In this document: piece by piece, positions 18,076 to 27,316 of the stretch
How the letters are laid out: each line of letters begins with the position of its first letter
How positions within the stretch are numbered: position 1 is the stretch's first letter
Assembly: GCA_023251485.1 (NCBI GenBank)
Contig: JAHEYR010000002.1
Span: 1 to 50,288, forward strand
Direction of reading: 5' to 3'
Source: Bacteroidales bacterium
GTDB lineage: Bacteria > Bacteroidota > Bacteroidia > Bacteroidales > Cfx3-03
Length of the DNA stretch: 50,288 nt
Position numbers and translations under genes: made by a program
Notes under the pieces: generated by a model
Told to the model about the DNA's origin: nothing
The model's input: only the letters and a program-made list of their open reading frames with translations
The model's database searches: none

Positions 18076-18101
18076 AGTTGACCTCCTTATTAAAACACGG
18101 T

Positions 18102-18407
18102 TTAATAAATGGCAAAATGGTTAAAAGCAACTTGTGTACCAAGGATGATAAGGGTTGTGAAAAGCACTCCCTTGCCGGTGTCTTCGTATTGCATGTTCTT
18201 CAAATAATAACGTGCAACGAATAGTGCCGGAGCACATCCCAGAATCAGATACTTGCTGATAGGAAGTTGAAATGCAGTCCAACCAATACTTACAAAGAAT
18301 ATAAATAAAGGATAAAATACCAGTGCGGTAATCACGGGGAGTATTAATGCGATAATAATACCAAATAGAATAGAGTTTTTCTGAAAGAAGACAGGCAGTT
18401 TGGCCAT
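18102..18407 (-). CDS. Hypothetical small membrane protein (3 TM segments)
   Basis: 101-aa hydrophobic ORF between surE and lpxB. Confidence 0.5.
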   Translation of the reverse strand: MAKLPVFFQKNSILFGIIIALILPVITALVFYPLFIFFVSIGWTAFQLPISKYLILGCAPALFVARYYLKNMQYEDTGKGVLFTTLIILGTQVAFNHFAIY

Positions 18408-18437
18408 TTAGATAGTGTTAAAGATTAGAATGGTGTA

Positions 18438-19202
18438 TTAAAAAGTCCATTGTTTCAATTGCTCAATAGCATGAAAAGCGGTTAAATCAAATTGAATAGG
18501 AACGATAGAAACATAATTATTGGCTATCGACCATTCATCATTGTCTTCCCCCTTATCAACATTGACAAACTTACCAGTAAGCCAGTAGTATTTTCGATTT
18601 CGGGGATCAGTCCGCTCCTCGAATTCTTCATCCCAGAATGCTTGTGCCTGACGAACTACTTTCACGCCTCTGATGGGTTCGGCCTGCTTAGCTGGGAAGT
18701 TTACATTTAAACAAAGATAAGGTGATAATCCTTTCTGCAAAACATTATTACAGATAGAAAGAATATACGAATCGACATGAGAAAAGTCGGCATTGATTGA
18801 ATAATCGTCGAGAGAAAAGCCGACAGAAGGAATGTTCTCCATAGCTCCTTCTAACACAGCAGCCATCGTACCCGAATATAATACATTGACAGATGCATTG
18901 GAACCATGGTTAATGCCGGATACAATTAAATCGGGGTTACGACTCATTACTACTTTTTGTCCCAGCTTTACACAGTCGACAGGTGTTCCATTACAACTGA
19001 ATTCTTTATAAAAAGGCTCGACTTTTAATTGATTAACACGTAAGGGTGAACTGATCGTAACAGCATGCGACATACCGCTTTGAGGTTTATCGGGTGCGAC
19101 AACAACGACATCTCCAATTGTACGCATCAACTTGATGAGATGACGAATCCCGGGAGCCGTAACTCCATCATCATTGGTTATTAATATTAATGGCTTATCC
19201 AT
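18438..19202 (-). CDS. surE: 5'/3'-nucleotidase SurE
   Basis: ILITNDDGVTAPGI...GINHGSN motifs. The ATG at 19202 (MDKPL) is preferred over the TTG at 19208, which lies inside a -7 box. Confidence 0.92.
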   Translation of the reverse strand: MDKPLILITNDDGVTAPGIRHLIKLMRTIGDVVVVAPDKPQSGMSHAVTISSPLRVNQLKVEPFYKEFSCNGTPVDCVKLGQKVVMSRNPDLIVSGINHGSNASVNVLYSGTMAAVLEGAMENIPSVGFSLDDYSINADFSHVDSYILSICNNVLQKGLSPYLCLNVNFPAKQAEPIRGVKVVRQAQAFWDEEFEERTDPRNRKYYWLTGKFVNVDKGEDNDEWSIANNYVSIVPIQFDLTAFHAIEQLKQWTF

Positions 19203-19205
19203 GCA

Positions 19206-19213
19206 CAAAATTA
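19206..19213 (-). promoter_or_regulatory. Candidate -7 box TAATTTTG 3 nt upstream of the surE ATG
   Basis: The minus strand reads TAATTTTG-tgc-ATG. Confidence 0.4.
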
Positions 19214-19235
19214 CAATTAAATAAGGAAAGGAATA

Positions 19236-19823
19236 TTAAATTTGTGTCACGCCTGCTGAAACGACAAACTTCATAACATCAGTAGAATTAGTATGAATTG
19301 GTGTGACATTCTCTACTGGAACGATCACAAGCATCCCGGCGACATTATACGAATAAGGCAAATAAACGGCAACTTTCCCTTCGGGGATACCCAATCGCGT
19401 GAGATCGTGAGCAGTGACAAAACCAATCTTCTCTAAATCTGAATTCATGCTCTCGCGAAGAAGAACCGGCTCTGAGAATTTCTTCTTTTGTCCCACAAAA
19501 GCCGAAAGCAAATCTTTGACAGAAGTGTAGATTATTTTAACAAGTGGTGCGCGACTTATGATACGATCGAAAACCACAAGAAAGGGGCGGAATATAATAG
19601 TTGATCCTAAAAAACCAATAACGGTTAACCCTGCAAGCATGACAAGAATCCCTAGACCAGCAGTATAATAGCCTAAATACTGTGTTACAAAGTCACGCAG
19701 TATTCCGTCAATATATTGAAATCCTTTCACCAACACGTAAATAGTAATACTAAGTGGTGCTATAAAAATTAATCCTTGAAAAAAATAATTTATTACCCAC
19801 TGACCTACTTTCCCTACTTTCAT
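19236..19823 (-). CDS. DUF502-family membrane protein
   Basis: 195 aa. Two N-terminal TM segments plus a soluble domain (…VAVYLPYSYNVAGMLVIVP), as in DUF502 proteins. Confidence 0.65.
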   Translation of the reverse strand: MKVGKVGQWVINYFFQGLIFIAPLSITIYVLVKGFQYIDGILRDFVTQYLGYYTAGLGILVMLAGLTVIGFLGSTIIFRPFLVVFDRIISRAPLVKIIYTSVKDLLSAFVGQKKKFSEPVLLRESMNSDLEKIGFVTAHDLTRLGIPEGKVAVYLPYSYNVAGMLVIVPVENVTPIHTNSTDVMKFVVSAGVTQI

Positions 19824-19928
19824 AACACTTTATTTTTTATATTTTTTCAACAGAGTAATTTTATCCTTCATTTCTAAGTAACCAACAATTACAAAGTTAG
19901 TAACAAAAGAGTGTATTGTAACAAGAGT

Positions 19929-20534
19929 CTAATCGACTTGTGATACAAACTGTTGGATTTCATCGTATAATTGATGAACTGGCAGTCCCATTACATTAAA
20001 ATAAGATCCTTCTATTTTTTCAATGCCAATAAATCCAATCCATTCCTGAATACCGTAGGCTCCCGCCTTATCAAATGGTTTGTATCGTTCTATATAATAG
20101 TTTATCTCCTCATCACTTAAAACCTTAAACGTAACCTTTGTTTCATTATAGAATAATCTCTTTTTTAGATTATTGCGCAGACAAACAGCCGTCACAACGC
20201 TGTGGGTTTTTCCAGAAAGCGAACGTAATATTTCGATAGCATGTGCCTGATCATCAGGCTTACCCATTACATCATCGTTCAGACAAACTATCGTATCGGC
20301 TGTTATTAGTATTGTTTTATCGGTAAGACGACCCGAAGGATAAGCCATAGCTTTCAAATCAGCTAAAAACAAAGCGATATCAGAGCCTTTCAATCCTGAA
20401 GGATAACTTTCATCAACACTCAGATTATCTATCGTAAAATCGACACCCAGTTCTTCCAGCAGCTCCTTGCGGCGAGGAGATCCTGATCCTAAAATTATTT
20501 TAAACCCATTTAACTGTTCTTTTAGAAAACTCAT
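19929..20534 (-). CDS. maf: Maf-like nucleoside-triphosphate pyrophosphatase
   Basis: ILGSGSPRRKELLEELG...KAGAYGIQE motifs. 201 aa. Confidence 0.9.
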   Translation of the reverse strand: MSFLKEQLNGFKIILGSGSPRRKELLEELGVDFTIDNLSVDESYPSGLKGSDIALFLADLKAMAYPSGRLTDKTILITADTIVCLNDDVMGKPDDQAHAIEILRSLSGKTHSVVTAVCLRNNLKKRLFYNETKVTFKVLSDEEINYYIERYKPFDKAGAYGIQEWIGFIGIEKIEGSYFNVMGLPVHQLYDEIQQFVSQVD

Positions 20535-21508
20535 AATATATGCACATTTATTAATTGAATACCCAATATCCCAGCGACCATGATTATTTTCATGAGGGTA
20601 GAAATAGAATGAAATTCATGTTTCGATTCCGCTTTTAGCAATCTATAGACCAATAAAAAAAGAGGAAATTGTATAGCAGGGAATATATAAATAGCGATTA
20701 ACTTCAGCTGATGTGTAAAGCCGATAAATTGGCAAACGAATAATATAAGGATTGTCAAAAATACAAGAATAGACACTACTCGTTTTGATATATTAATACC
20801 ATATGCGATAGGAAGTGTATTGCAGCCCGCAGCTCTATCGCCTTCTACATCTTCAATGTCTTTTAATATCTCCCTGATCATAGTGGTGAGGAAAGCAAAG
20901 AGTGCATATCCACCCATTATTAGATTGATTTTAGTAAATTGTGGATAGACCAGAATAAATGAGATTGCATCATTTCGTAATGCAAAAAACTCATATAACC
21001 AAAGCAAAATGATAGATAGTGCTCCGAAAAGGGCAATGATGAAGTTGCCGATTAAGAGTCTCTTTTTAAAAGACTCAGAATAAAGATAAAGCAACAATGC
21101 TCCAAAGCCATAGAAGAAACCCATTTTATAAATACCACAAAACCACCCAGTAATAAAACCGCCAATAATACCCGCAAAAGTTAATACCAGATATGCAACA
21201 AAGGCTTGATCAAATGATATGATTTTACCAATAGATAACCTTGATGGACGATTGATTAAATCGATCTGGTAGTCGAAATAATCATTAATGATATTACCAC
21301 CGGCCATAACCAATACCACCGACAGGATGAATGCAGAAAACACCCATCCATTCAAAGGAGAGTGAATATCTAAAGAATAAAAAATTGGAAGATATATTCC
21401 GACATGTAGCAAGATAAAAATCACCGAAAGGATGATAAGATTAGGAATCCTGATCAGTCTCAGCCAGGCCTTTGCTACTTCTTTGGCAGAATATTTAACA
21501 TTGTCCAT
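20531..21508 (-). CDS. UbiA-family prenyltransferase (archaeal DGGGP-synthase-like branch)
   Basis: About 8-9 TM segments. Asp-rich motifs NIINDYFDYQID and KDIEDVEGD. ATG at 21508 preferred (alternative TTG at 21526). Its stop overlaps the maf start as ATGA. Confidence 0.8.
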   Translation of the reverse strand: MDNVKYSAKEVAKAWLRLIRIPNLIILSVIFILLHVGIYLPIFYSLDIHSPLNGWVFSAFILSVVLVMAGGNIINDYFDYQIDLINRPSRLSIGKIISFDQAFVAYLVLTFAGIIGGFITGWFCGIYKMGFFYGFGALLLYLYSESFKKRLLIGNFIIALFGALSIILLWLYEFFALRNDAISFILVYPQFTKINLIMGGYALFAFLTTMIREILKDIEDVEGDRAAGCNTLPIAYGINISKRVVSILVFLTILILFVCQFIGFTHQLKLIAIYIFPAIQFPLFLLVYRLLKAESKHEFHSISTLMKIIMVAGILGIQLINVHIL

Positions 21509-21588
21509 ATTAAAATATAATTTCAACTATCAATAGTTGGAGATCGTTATTTATAAAAACAGGAGATACGATTAATCAGAACTAATGA

Positions 21589-22110
21589 TTACCAATGATA
21601 CGCATCATCATTCATCCATTTACCCTGAACTTTTAATACTTGCTCTATCACATCGCGTACACAACCCTCACCACCTTTCTGGTGTGAAATATAATTGGCA
21701 ACACTTTTCACTTCTTCAACCGCATCGGCAGGACATGCTGATACACCTGCCATTTTCATCACAGGATAATCAGGGATGTCGTCGCCCATATATAAAACTG
21801 TTTCTGGCGTAAGATTATTATCTTTTAAATATTTATTGAAGACTTCTATTTTGTTTTCAACACTTAAAAATACATCTACAATCTTCAGCGCTTCAAAACG
21901 ACGAAGCATGGATACAGCATTGCCACCGGAAATAATAACCACCTTGTAGTTCTTCTTAATGGCAAGCTGCAAAGCGTAACCATCTTTTACATTTGCAACA
22001 CGCAATGCTTCGCCATTTGGCAATGTTATGATCTGCCCATTGGTCAATACACCATCATAATCAAAAATAAAAGTATTTATCTGTGGTAGTCGTTCTCTGT
22101 AATTCGCCAT
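21589..22110 (-). CDS. kdsC: 3-deoxy-D-manno-octulosonate-8-phosphate phosphatase (HAD-IIIA)
   Basis: FIFDYDGVLTNG, IISGG and YMGDDIPD motifs. 173 aa. Confidence 0.85.
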   Translation of the reverse strand: MANYRERLPQINTFIFDYDGVLTNGQIITLPNGEALRVANVKDGYALQLAIKKNYKVVIISGGNAVSMLRRFEALKIVDVFLSVENKIEVFNKYLKDNNLTPETVLYMGDDIPDYPVMKMAGVSACPADAVEEVKSVANYISHQKGGEGCVRDVIEQVLKVQGKWMNDDAYHW

Positions 22111-22173
22111 GATATATTTTATTGTTATTTTTTATTGTTATTTGCCACTGCTACAATTGAACAGATGTTTATT

Positions 22174-22974
22174 TTAGTCTTTTATAGTCGCACCCGGGTG
22201 GTAAATCGATAGAACTCTATTCGTGATTATTCTATATAATTCGCTTAACTCTTGATCGTTCTTGACGAGTTCAAGATGCTTAGAGATGGTTTCCATATCT
22301 CCTCGTTTGGCCGGTCCTGTTTGTGCTTCGAAAGGTGGAATATCATTTATCTTCAACGCGGTTTCAATGATCAGGGGTTTCAATAGGTCGACGGGCAGAT
22401 TGTTTTCGTGCAAGAAATCAAATGCCCTAATATAAAGATAGTTACTAAAATTATTAACAAGAACAGCAGCAATATGAATCTTCCGACGCTGATCATCACT
22501 GATGACATGTACAGTATTGGAAAGCTGGCAGGCTAATGAAAAGAGTAGCTGATTATATTTTTCTGTTGTGGAATAAACACAAATTGGGATAATACTAAAG
22601 TCGACCGCATGTTGTTTTGAAAAAGTCTGAAGCGGATAGAAAACACCAATATTTGCACCGATAACAGATAAACTGGAAAGTGGCATAGTGCCACTAGTGT
22701 GTACTACTAATGCAGAACACTCTTTTAATTGATTTGCAACAGTGGTAATAGCATCATCGGAAACAGCCAATATGATTAAATCGTACTGATTTAATAACGT
22801 AAGATCGTAGATATATTGAACACCCAATAGCGAAGCCAGCCTCCGCCCCTTCTCTTCATCTCGATTACAGATACAATGAAGCGGTTGACCGGCTTTCATT
22901 AAGGCAGACCCCAAGTGGGTAGCTACATTTCCGGCACCAATAATTGCAATCTTAGAAAATGGTTTATCGAACAT
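22174..22974 (-). CDS. Rossmann-fold NAD(P)-binding protein with a DUF2520-like C-terminal domain
   Basis: N-terminal IAIIGAGNVATHLG dinucleotide-binding motif. 266 aa. A candidate -7 box TACTTTTG lies at 22998-22991. Confidence 0.65.
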   Translation of the reverse strand: MFDKPFSKIAIIGAGNVATHLGSALMKAGQPLHCICNRDEEKGRRLASLLGVQYIYDLTLLNQYDLIILAVSDDAITTVANQLKECSALVVHTSGTMPLSSLSVIGANIGVFYPLQTFSKQHAVDFSIIPICVYSTTEKYNQLLFSLACQLSNTVHVISDDQRRKIHIAAVLVNNFSNYLYIRAFDFLHENNLPVDLLKPLIIETALKINDIPPFEAQTGPAKRGDMETISKHLELVKNDQELSELYRIITNRVLSIYHPGATIKD

Positions 22975-23002
22975 ATACTAAATAAGACTACAAAAGTAGT
23001 AA

Positions 23003-25438
23003 TTATTCGGCCTTAGTCGTTAAAGTGTTTCTACTTTGAGTTGTTAATAACCGAGTAAACAAAGAAATAGACAAACCGACAAAAATGATCAACGCACCCA
23101 TCCATAAAACAGATATCCAAGGAAATACGATAGCTTTGAACAAGATTAAATCGGGTTTACGATTATAAACACCCAACTCAATAGCATCCGATTTACTGGA
23201 GGTCATCTCAAATCGCAAGCCCAAATCCCATGTCTCAATGATGGCATCCTCATTAAAATAGGTATCACCGCGTTTAATAAATTTACATACCACATGTTGT
23301 ACGACTCCACTCTGCGATTGAATACTTAAGTGAGCAGTTAAATCAACATTGGTATATCCGACATCCTTAATATCAGCCTTTACATCATCCAATGTCACAT
23401 TGTAATCGCCATATCTGACAGTTTGCTTGAATGATATGGGATTCTTTGAAGTACGATTGAACTCATTTAAATCGATGACGTTAGTATTGGCATTTGTTTT
23501 TTTCAAGTCCCCTACGACTTCAGCAAAACTGATATAGGAATAGACATCTTTATTCAGAAAATGCTGTGTGGCAGGGTTGAAAACATTCCCCATTCGCTCG
23601 TTTTGTTTCATGGTCGGCGATAACGAAAACGCTTTTTTACTTAATAGACTATCCTTATAAAAATCAATCTGATAAAAAGTCTCATTTTGTTTTGCTGTCC
23701 GACCTTTGTAGACTATATAATACTCTTTGAGCTTTGTGGGATGTCCACGTTTTAACATAATGCTCTGATCAGACCTGATCGCATGATTATTATTCTTATC
23801 TCTGATCTCTTTGGTCAGAATTTGAGGATTGGAGAACGCAACAATGATTCCTATAACAAATACAGCAAAACCAATATGAGTGACCATTCCTCCTAAAGCT
23901 TTTATATTTGCCTTACGTTGAAACATCGAAAACATTACAGAAAGCACTGTAAATAATGCAGCAAAAAGCAGGAACAAAAGGTAATATTCGTCCTTAGGCA
24001 TCCATAAACCAAAAAACAATGTAGTACTCAAACAAAAACAAGCTAATGCTATAAGGGTGTATCGTGTGCGTTTGTATATATTTACACTTGTGGATTTCAC
24101 TAATTTCAATTGTGACAATGCAATCAACATCAATACGATAAATGCAAAAGGAGTCTGCCAATAGTTATAAAAGCCGGTCACATTTAAAGGAGGGGCTACA
24201 TGCAAATCAAAAAGCTTGTTCCAAACAGGAATTGAGGTAGTAAACGAGATTTGGAAGGCTGAAAGCGACAAGACCAAAGAACCTATCAACATTAAAAAAT
24301 CGACGGTAAAGGATGTTTTAAGTTTTGAGGATGACGCAAGCACCCTATATCGATAGGCAAGAAAAGAGAGTCCACCGACTAGAATAAGCAGGGTTATGAC
24401 CACTAAATGAACCGAGAGACCATCATTTCCAAAAGCATGAACAGAAGTTTGTCCCAGAATACCACTCCGAGTCAGAAAAGAAGCATACCAAACCAGCACA
24501 TACGAGATGATAGTAAAGAAATAGGCAAAGAAGTGATGTGCTCCTTTTCGATATACAATTAGTAATAAATGAAGCGAGGCGATCAAAAACAATAAGGGAA
24601 CAAATGAGGCATTCTCAACAGGGTCCCAAGCCCAGAAGCCTCCAAATGTTAACGATTCATAAGCCCATGCACCACCTAATAATATCCCGGTAGAGAGTGT
24701 TAATATGGCGAACAGTATCCAGCGTATCCCTGATTGTAACCACTCGCGATACTCACCTTCCCACAAAGAAGCTATCGCATATACAAATGGTATCAAGGCA
24801 GCTGCATATCCAAGAAATAAAATAGGAGGATGTATTACCATCCAATAGTTCTCTAACAATGGATTCAAACCCATTCCATCTTTTATAAGCGAAAGATAAT
24901 TAGCATTATGAAAGAAGGTATTTCCTATGTTCTCAGGTAAATTACGAAGTAATAGAAATGGGCTGGATCCAATATGCAATGATCCAATATGCAAACCTAA
25001 TAATGATGATAATAATGTTGTCTGGACCAATGCAATTATTGCCATCAGGCTTGATTGCATCTTTTTTGCTGTAAATAAAACAACTACACCTAAAACAGAT
25101 TGGAATACCCCCCATAATAAGAAACTACCTTCTTGTCCTGCCCAAAAACAAGCAATCGTATATTTTAATGGCATTAAGACTGAAGAATACTTCCAGACAT
25201 AAGCATATTCGAAATAGTGATGAAAAATAATATATACTAAAACGGACGAAGATACACCCAATGCGATTACATGAATTAAATAGCTAATCTTTCCGGTACG
25301 AATAAATCTCTTTTTGTCATCCCCGGCTTTCAAAATATGCCCAAACCCGAATATAATAGCAGAAAAAAGCACCATAAAGAAGGAAAGAAGTATACTCAGC
25401 TTTCCAATCTCGCCCCAAACGGTATGTTCATTTATCAT
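23003..25438 (-). CDS. CcmF/NrfE-family cytochrome c haem lyase-like membrane protein
   Basis: 811 aa, polytopic. WWD motif GGFWAWDPVENASFVP of the CcmF type, plus conserved His-containing TM segments. Confidence 0.8.
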   Translation of the reverse strand: MINEHTVWGEIGKLSILLSFFMVLFSAIIFGFGHILKAGDDKKRFIRTGKISYLIHVIALGVSSSVLVYIIFHHYFEYAYVWKYSSVLMPLKYTIACFWAGQEGSFLLWGVFQSVLGVVVLFTAKKMQSSLMAIIALVQTTLLSSLLGLHIGSLHIGSSPFLLLRNLPENIGNTFFHNANYLSLIKDGMGLNPLLENYWMVIHPPILFLGYAAALIPFVYAIASLWEGEYREWLQSGIRWILFAILTLSTGILLGGAWAYESLTFGGFWAWDPVENASFVPLLFLIASLHLLLIVYRKGAHHFFAYFFTIISYVLVWYASFLTRSGILGQTSVHAFGNDGLSVHLVVITLLILVGGLSFLAYRYRVLASSSKLKTSFTVDFLMLIGSLVLSLSAFQISFTTSIPVWNKLFDLHVAPPLNVTGFYNYWQTPFAFIVLMLIALSQLKLVKSTSVNIYKRTRYTLIALACFCLSTTLFFGLWMPKDEYYLLFLLFAALFTVLSVMFSMFQRKANIKALGGMVTHIGFAVFVIGIIVAFSNPQILTKEIRDKNNNHAIRSDQSIMLKRGHPTKLKEYYIVYKGRTAKQNETFYQIDFYKDSLLSKKAFSLSPTMKQNERMGNVFNPATQHFLNKDVYSYISFAEVVGDLKKTNANTNVIDLNEFNRTSKNPISFKQTVRYGDYNVTLDDVKADIKDVGYTNVDLTAHLSIQSQSGVVQHVVCKFIKRGDTYFNEDAIIETWDLGLRFEMTSSKSDAIELGVYNRKPDLILFKAIVFPWISVLWMGALIIFVGLSISLFTRLLTTQSRNTLTTKAE

Positions 25439-25512
25439 ATTTTCAGATACATTAATTAAATAAAAGGATCATTTTGATTTTTGAAATCATAAGCCAAAGA
25501 AAGTAAAAATAG

Positions 25513-25551
25513 CACTTGCAATTATAATTCAAACCAAACACTTGCAAATTA
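25513..25551 (+). promoter_or_regulatory. Direct repeat CACTTGCAA(T/A)TTA x2, 26 nt start-to-start, in a divergent promoter region
   Basis: Copies at 25513-25525 and 25539-25551 share 9 identical nt. They lie 79-117 nt upstream of the LytTR regulator ATG. Confidence 0.35.
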
Positions 25552-25629
25552 AAAGAGTTCACCTTACTTTTGAAACGCTAAAACAGTACTCTCCGAACTA
25601 CAAAAACTTATTTCTTTAAAATTTGCCGG

Positions 25630-26382
25630 ATGGAAGAAACAATTAAGGCTATTATTGTCGATGATGAATCTGAAGCAAGAGATTTATTAACTGCTCTACT
25701 CGAAGATTATGAAAACATTACGGTAACTGCACAATTAAATGGTGTAGATGAAGCTATTGCATTTATACTATTAAATCCTCCTGATCTTATTTTCCTTGAT
25801 ATCCAAATGCCTAAGAAAAATGGATTTGAACTAGCTATTGCACTACGTAATTTAAATATTAAATCACATATTGTTTTTGTGACTGCCTATGATCAGTATG
25901 CGATACAAGCTGTAAAACATGCTGCTTTTGACTATTTACTAAAACCGATCAACGAAGAAGAGCTACACGAAACGATTACTCGTTTTACAGCTACCAAACC
26001 AAAAACCGGGATTGGTGATAAGATAGATAATTTGCTAGTTGTAATAAATGATAATTTCAGAAAAAAGCGTTTCAATACCAGATCTGGTTTTGTTATGCTC
26101 AACTTTTCGGATATTCTATACTTAGATGCTGATGGAAACTACTCCAAAATATATCTAACAAATGGCACCCAGGAAATCGTAACACAAAGCTTGGGACAGA
26201 TGGAAGAAGAATTGCCTCCAACTAACTTTTTCAGAATAAACAGATCCATCATCATCAATATCAAATACTTAACACGTGTAAACCGAAGAAATAGAACATG
26301 CGTCATTTCGTTCGGAGAAAAGAATATGGAATTCCCTATTCCTGCAGACCAAATCAAGCTTTTAGAGTCAATAGAGTATTGA
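25630..26382 (+). CDS. Two-component response regulator, REC + LytTR DNA-binding domain
   Basis: IIVDDE...IFLDIQMP...VTAY receiver motifs. C-terminal FFRINRSIIINIKYL LytTR signature. Confidence 0.9.
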   Translation: MEETIKAIIVDDESEARDLLTALLEDYENITVTAQLNGVDEAIAFILLNPPDLIFLDIQMPKKNGFELAIALRNLNIKSHIVFVTAYDQYAIQAVKHAAFDYLLKPINEEELHETITRFTATKPKTGIGDKIDNLLVVINDNFRKKRFNTRSGFVMLNFSDILYLDADGNYSKIYLTNGTQEIVTQSLGQMEEELPPTNFFRINRSIIINIKYLTRVNRRNRTCVISFGEKNMEFPIPADQIKLLESIEY

Positions 26383-26606
26383 TCTACATATAATTAACAC
26401 ACACTGGAGATTATTTTTCAGCCAAGTTCTCCTTTTCAATTAAATTCGATTTACCCCATTTTGAAAATAGTCAAAAAGTGGCTTCATCATGAAAAAGGGG
26501 GGGTTCATACAATAAGTATATTTTTTCTTTCTTTGTCGTTTTTTTTAGTATATTTTTGGTGAGTGAAATATCAGATCTATATTCTGTATAATTTAAATGC
26601 AATGCT

Positions 26607-26912
26607 ATGATCATTCCAATGCTTTTCTCAGTCGTTTATTTATTAGCTTGCTTTTGGGTAGCAGCCAAAGCAAAACACAGAAAAGTAGGGTCGCAAAGGG
26701 CTTTTCACATTGCTGTTTTATTAACACCCCTTGTAGCCTTAATTGTTGTACTATCCTCTGCAAAAAAACTAGAAACCCACTTACAATTTTTTCGTTGCAA
26801 GAGATGTGGTTATGAGTACTCAGAAAAACATGCTTCTTGTCCAGCATGTGCAAAAGAAGGATTAAAAATTTATGTAAACGAATCTATTAAACCAGAAGTC
26901 GTATTAAGGTAA
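26607..26912 (+). CDS. Small membrane protein (2 TM segments) with a C-terminal zinc-ribbon
   Basis: 101 aa. CKRCG...CPAC pair of CxxC motifs after two hydrophobic segments. Confidence 0.5.
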   Translation: MIIPMLFSVVYLLACFWVAAKAKHRKVGSQRAFHIAVLLTPLVALIVVLSSAKKLETHLQFFRCKRCGYEYSEKHASCPACAKEGLKIYVNESIKPEVVLR

Positions 26913-26988
26913 CTTAACGCTTTCCTTCCTTCGGGACTGTTCCCCAGACAGGTGTACTTTTCTTACTTAGCATAACTTTTCGCCTTAT

Positions 26989-27027
26989 AATCCCGATTTT
27001 CCTAGTCCCGAAAAATCGGGATTTTCT
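26989..27027 (+). terminator. Rho-independent terminator
   Basis: 12-bp perfect stem AATCCCGATTTT / AAAATCGGGATT followed by TTCTATT. Confidence 0.7.
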
Positions 27028-27286
27028 ATTAATGAAGATTTTTTCAACATTCTACTTCTAAGAATCATTGTATAATTTTTATTCGACAGGAAATAATGCG
27101 AAATCACATCACTATTGGTGATTACACCTTTTCTTCATAATAAAAAAGTAAATTCAATTTATTTTTGTAATAAAAACGTACATCAAAACAAGATCGTTAG
27201 ATTAAAATATTAATACTAATTTCTTTTATCACAATTTTATTATTAAATATTTTTAAAATATGAGGGACTGTAATACCTTTTAACGT

Positions 27287-27294
27287 TATTTTTG
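27287..27294 (+). promoter_or_regulatory. Candidate -7 box TATTTTTG
   Basis: TAnnTTTG match 22 nt upstream of the ATG at 27317. Confidence 0.45.
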
Positions 27295-27316
27295 TAATTG
27301 AGAAAAAAAGCCACAA

